Assembly: GCA_028286705.1 (NCBI GenBank)
Contig: JAQBRC010000006.1
Location: forward strand, 1 to 46,328
Length of the DNA stretch: 46,328 nt
DNA from: Candidatus Nomurabacteria bacterium
Lineage (GTDB): Bacteria; Patescibacteriota; Minisyncoccia; Phycocordibacterales; UBA9973
Reading direction: 5' to 3'
Part shown: positions 42,878-46,328 of the stretch, in pieces
How positions within the stretch are numbered: position 1 is the stretch's first letter
Layout of the letters: each line of letters starts with the position of its first letter
Translations under genes and position numbers: made by a program
Notes under the pieces: generated by a model
Database searches by the model: none
Told to the model about the DNA's origin: nothing
The model's input: only the letters and a program-made list of their open reading frames with translations

Positions 42878-45394
42878 TTATGTTCCTTGAACGAATGTAA
42901 CTAACTTGTTAATAGTACTCTTTGCAAAGACACTATTAGTTGCATTGAATGTGATTGAATGCGAACCGGCTTTTAGTTTGTAATCATCAGGAGTGAAGAC
43001 AAAATGGAACGGGTCGGGAAGTGTAGCGATATAGCTGTTATCAATCAGGACATCAACTGATGTTAATGGATATTGTCCTGTAGTTGATACTGTTACTTCC
43101 GCATTATCTGCTAGATTCATTCTATCCGGCAATCCACTAAGCGTTAATGGTGATGCTGTTGTACCAGATGTTGTATCAGATCCTGCTGGTATGTCTGCTG
43201 TAGTGACATTGGGATAGTTGTGAGCATTAGCTGCCCACCATGTCTGCACTGACGGTTCCCAGAGACGGAACTGAGGATCGCTTGCAGGATTGCTTGGTAC
43301 TGGTCCTTTAGGGTCTGTTTTGTTAACCCAGTAGAGAATGTCATGAACGTCAGTGATAACCTTTTCGATGATTGCGTCCTGTGGGGTTGAGGCTGTTGCA
43401 CGCAATCCTGTCACTCTATCAATTTTAACTGTCTCATTGCCCATCCACACGCCTCTCAATATTGGTTTCAGTGTTGATTGGTCAACAGGCACCGGTTGTT
43501 CAAATGGAGTCTCTGGATACTTGGTTAATGCATATTGCATAAACTGTTTCCATGTCGGTCCGGAAATTGCAGAACCACCGCTTTTCATGGACTTATTGTC
43601 ATTGTTTCCAGACCATACACCCACTGAAATGTTTGGAGTATATCCAACAGTCCACGCGTCGCGGTCATTGTTGGTGGTACCAGTCTTCACCGCAACACCA
43701 GGGATGGTGATAAGTGTTGTGCCGAATGTTGGGATACGAGCAGTTGCATCAGCTAGGACATCGTCCATAGTCAGTGCAACATTTTTGTCCATAACCCCAG
43801 TTGGATTTGGCTGGTATTGTTCCAATATATTTCCTTCATGATCCTGCACTTCAAGAATACCTGTCGTTGGATTACGAATACCTGCATTGGCAAATACTCC
43901 ATATGCACTCGTCATATCGAGCAATTTCACCTCTCCTCCTCCGAGCACGAGTGACAGGCCGATTTCTTGAGGGTTGGTGAGTGTGGTGATACCTAGAGCG
44001 TGAGCGGTATCAACTGCAGACTGCACCCCAACAAGATAGAGCAATTTAACTGACGGCACGTTACGAGATTCAGCAATTGCTGAACGAAGTGATATAGGAC
44101 CCTTAAACTTGTTATCAAAGTTAGCAGGGTTGTAACAGTCCTTGGCTGTGTATCCAGGAAGAGGCTGTTGGTTGGCAGTACAGTTTGTTGAGAACTCTGT
44201 TGGCACGTCAAAGACAACAGTCTCGGGCGTATAGCCCTCTGCAAAACCAGTTGCATAGACGAATGGCTTGAATGCAGAACCTGGTTGACGCTGCGCTGTT
44301 GCAACGTTGTATGCGCCATCGATGTTCTTGTCGAAATAGTTACGAGAACCAACCATTGTCAGGATCTGTCCTGTTGCAGGATCGATTGCAACCAATGCAG
44401 AGTTCGATGCGGCATACTGCTTTTCATTTGCTGCTGCCTGCTTTGCAACGATTTCTTCTGCCTTCTGCTGAAGGTCATAATCCAATGTTGTCTTGATGGT
44501 ATATCCTCCGTTATCAAGTACGTCCTTTCCATACTTTTGCTCTAGCTGGTCGAGAATATAGAAGACAAAGTGAGGAGCTTTCACACCAGTATTTGAGGAT
44601 GGCTTGAACACAACCTCTTCTGCCTTTGCAGTGTCATATTGTTCCTGGGTGATATAGCCATACTGCTTCATCTTTGAAAGCACAAGGTTCTTTCTGTTAT
44701 CCAATTCTTTCTTGTGTGAGCCGAACGGAGAATAGTATGTTGGAGCTGGAAGCATAGCTGCGATGTATGCAGCTTGTGCAGTATCAAGCTGAGCAGAAGG
44801 AATACCAAAGTATGACTGAGATGCCTGTTCAACTCCATACACAGTTCCTCCTAGAGGAGCGTCATTCAGGTAGATTTCAAGAATCTGGTCCTTGCTGAAC
44901 TGACGAGTCAGGCGAATAGCCAATACCCATTCCTTGAGCTTACGAGTTACAGACTTGTCTCCATTAAGGAGCGTGTTCTTAACAATCTGCTGGGTGATAG
45001 TTGATCCTCCTTGTACGTAGCCAAGGTGAATGATGTTGGTGAAGATTGCGCGAAGAATAGAAGTTGGACGAATACCGCTATTGTTATAGAAGTCTTGGTC
45101 TTCAATTGAGATCACCGCCTTCTGGATAGGGTCACCCATACTAGCCAATGGAATCTGTGTTCTCTTCACTGACTTGTGCGCGTCATACAACACAATTTGT
45201 CCTGTACGGTCAGTTATTTTTGAAGAGTTAGCGACCTGACGTGCTTCGAATGTCGAGATGTCCGGGAGTTTGATAAAGCTTGCCCATACGAGGACTGCTC
45301 CAATGGCTAATAAACCTAGTGCAAGAACTCCAAGGAGGATTTTTTTCCAAGGAATTCTATTATGTTGTGTATGATCTTTCATACCATCCATCAT
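42878..45394 (-). CDS. Class A penicillin-binding protein (PBP1A-type glycosyltransferase/transpeptidase) with a C-terminal extension
   Basis: GT51 motifs are EDQDFYNNSGI, GGSTITQQ and RKLKEW. Transpeptidase motifs are SAFKP (SxxK), ESRN (SxN) and KTGTT. The N-terminal TM anchor is present. An alternative leaderless start exists at 45382 (Met5). Confidence 0.92.
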   Translation of the reverse strand: MMDGMKDHTQHNRIPWKKILLGVLALGLLAIGAVLVWASFIKLPDISTFEARQVANSSKITDRTGQIVLYDAHKSVKRTQIPLASMGDPIQKAVISIEDQDFYNNSGIRPTSILRAIFTNIIHLGYVQGGSTITQQIVKNTLLNGDKSVTRKLKEWVLAIRLTRQFSKDQILEIYLNDAPLGGTVYGVEQASQSYFGIPSAQLDTAQAAYIAAMLPAPTYYSPFGSHKKELDNRKNLVLSKMKQYGYITQEQYDTAKAEEVVFKPSSNTGVKAPHFVFYILDQLEQKYGKDVLDNGGYTIKTTLDYDLQQKAEEIVAKQAAANEKQYAASNSALVAIDPATGQILTMVGSRNYFDKNIDGAYNVATAQRQPGSAFKPFVYATGFAEGYTPETVVFDVPTEFSTNCTANQQPLPGYTAKDCYNPANFDNKFKGPISLRSAIAESRNVPSVKLLYLVGVQSAVDTAHALGITTLTNPQEIGLSLVLGGGEVKLLDMTSAYGVFANAGIRNPTTGILEVQDHEGNILEQYQPNPTGVMDKNVALTMDDVLADATARIPTFGTTLITIPGVAVKTGTTNNDRDAWTVGYTPNISVGVWSGNNDNKSMKSGGSAISGPTWKQFMQYALTKYPETPFEQPVPVDQSTLKPILRGVWMGNETVKIDRVTGLRATASTPQDAIIEKVITDVHDILYWVNKTDPKGPVPSNPASDPQFRLWEPSVQTWWAANAHNYPNVTTADIPAGSDTTSGTTASPLTLSGLPDRMNLADNAEVTVSTTGQYPLTSVDVLIDNSYIATLPDPFHFVFTPDDYKLKAGSHSITFNATNSVFAKSTINKLVTFVQGT

Positions 45395-45438
45395 AATAAA
45401 AATCCTTTAAAAAACAAAGGAAAATGGTACAATCTCGG

Positions 45439-46328
45439 AATGGACAACAATCTTGATAAAAATGAATTAACAGACATCTTGCTGCACAAGGGGGTGGCGG
45501 ATATTTTACCGAGCAAAGGATTTCTTGAAAAAGAACTAGCCTCAGGCAAAAAGCTTTCAGTTTATGCCGGATTTGATCCGACAGCTCCAACTCTTCATAT
45601 TGGGCACACTATTCAGTTACGCAAACTGCGTCATTTTCAAGACCTCGGACACAAGATTATTTTCCTTGTTGGCGACTTCACCGCTCGCGTTGGCGATCCA
45701 ACTGACAAGGGAACTGCCCGCAAGCAGCTCACCGAAAAGGAAATCAAGATAAACCTTAAAAAGTACAAGCAGCAGGCGGGAAAGTTTATTCGCTTTTCTG
45801 GCAAGAACGCTGCTGCAATTAAATTCAACAACGATTGGTTGGGTAAGATGAAGTTTGCCGATGTTCTTGCACTTGCATCAAACATGACTGTTGATCAGAT
45901 GCTGAAGCGTGATATGTTTGCTCGTCGTATCGAGGAAGAGAAGCCGATTTATATTCATGAATTCATGTATCCGTTGATGCAGGGGTATGACAGTGTGGCT
46001 ATGGATGTTGATGGGGAAGTTGGAGGCAACGATCAGCTGTTTAACATGCTGGCAGGACGAACACTCCTCAAGCAATTAAAAAACAAAGAGAAGTTTGTTA
46101 TTACCACCAAACTGCTTGAAGACAACAATGGCAAGAAGATGGGCAAGAGCGAAGGAAACATGGTTTCTCTTATCGACACTCCTGAAGACATGTATGGAAA
46201 GATCATGAGCTGGACTGACGGCCTTATCATTCCTGGCTTTGAACTCTGCACTGACTACACTCCTTCTCAAGTACAAGCTGTTCAGGAAGAATTACATGGC
46301 GAAGTTAACCCTCGCAACATCAAGATTC
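45439..46328 (+). CDS. tyrS: Tyrosine--tRNA ligase (5' portion; continues beyond the window)
   Basis: Manual translation gives MDNNLDKNELTDILLHKGVADILP...YAGFDPTAPTLHIGH (HIGH), FMYPLMQGYDS, GGNDQLFNM and KMGKSEGN (KMSKS). There is no stop before the window end, so the gene is absent from the ORF track. Confidence 0.85.

Noticed and set aside
45564-46276. Several 60-80-aa ORFs on both strands (45564-45752, 45637-45885, 45878-46075, 46033-46251, 46076-46276)
   Set aside because: All are shadows of the open-ended tyrS reading frame (45439 onward), which carries clear HIGH and KMSKS motifs.
1-46328. CRISPR arrays, rRNA genes, IS elements or transposases, and alternative genetic code (UGA recoding)
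   Set aside because: No regularly spaced direct repeats, no rRNA-like sequence and no transposase motifs were seen. Long uninterrupted ORFs under the standard code, with normal stop usage, argue against code 4 or 25.

Overview
All calls rest on reading the ORF translations and the raw sequence for motifs; no homology or structure search was run. This is a gene-dense window (about 43-45% GC by eye, standard genetic code) from a small-genome bacterium. Gene content suggests Patescibacteria/CPR, possibly Saccharibacteria-like, but that is inference. It contains the chromosomal origin block: rpmH-rnpA-yidD-yidC on the minus strand and dnaA-dnaN plus a DUF721/DciA-like gene on the plus strand, with DnaA-box clusters on both sides of dnaA. 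Directly next to it is a tightly packed 14-gene, roughly 15.6-kb plus-strand locus (22774-38345). It encodes a monoderm-type, T4SS-like apparatus: a giant VirB6-like membrane protein, a PrgI/VirB3-like protein, a VirB4 ATPase split into two ORFs, and a protein fusing a pilin-like TM hairpin to an NlpC/P60 hydrolase. About eight secreted or membrane proteins of unknown function accompany them. No relaxase, coupling protein or VirB11 is present. This locus is the main candidate 'system'. Other content: two two-component systems, one heading a cell-envelope operon (PAP2, GT2, EEP, CPBP); a tRNA-bounded AT-rich islet holding four tRNAs without encoded CCA, next to cca; and housekeeping genes (xth, xerC/D-like, rpsO, uvrD/pcrA, rsmA, PBP1A, tyrS). 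A recurring feature is a -10-like hexamer 6-9 nt upstream of many start codons with no Shine-Dalgarno motif, suggesting widespread leaderless mRNAs. No CRISPR array, rRNA or obvious transposon was seen.
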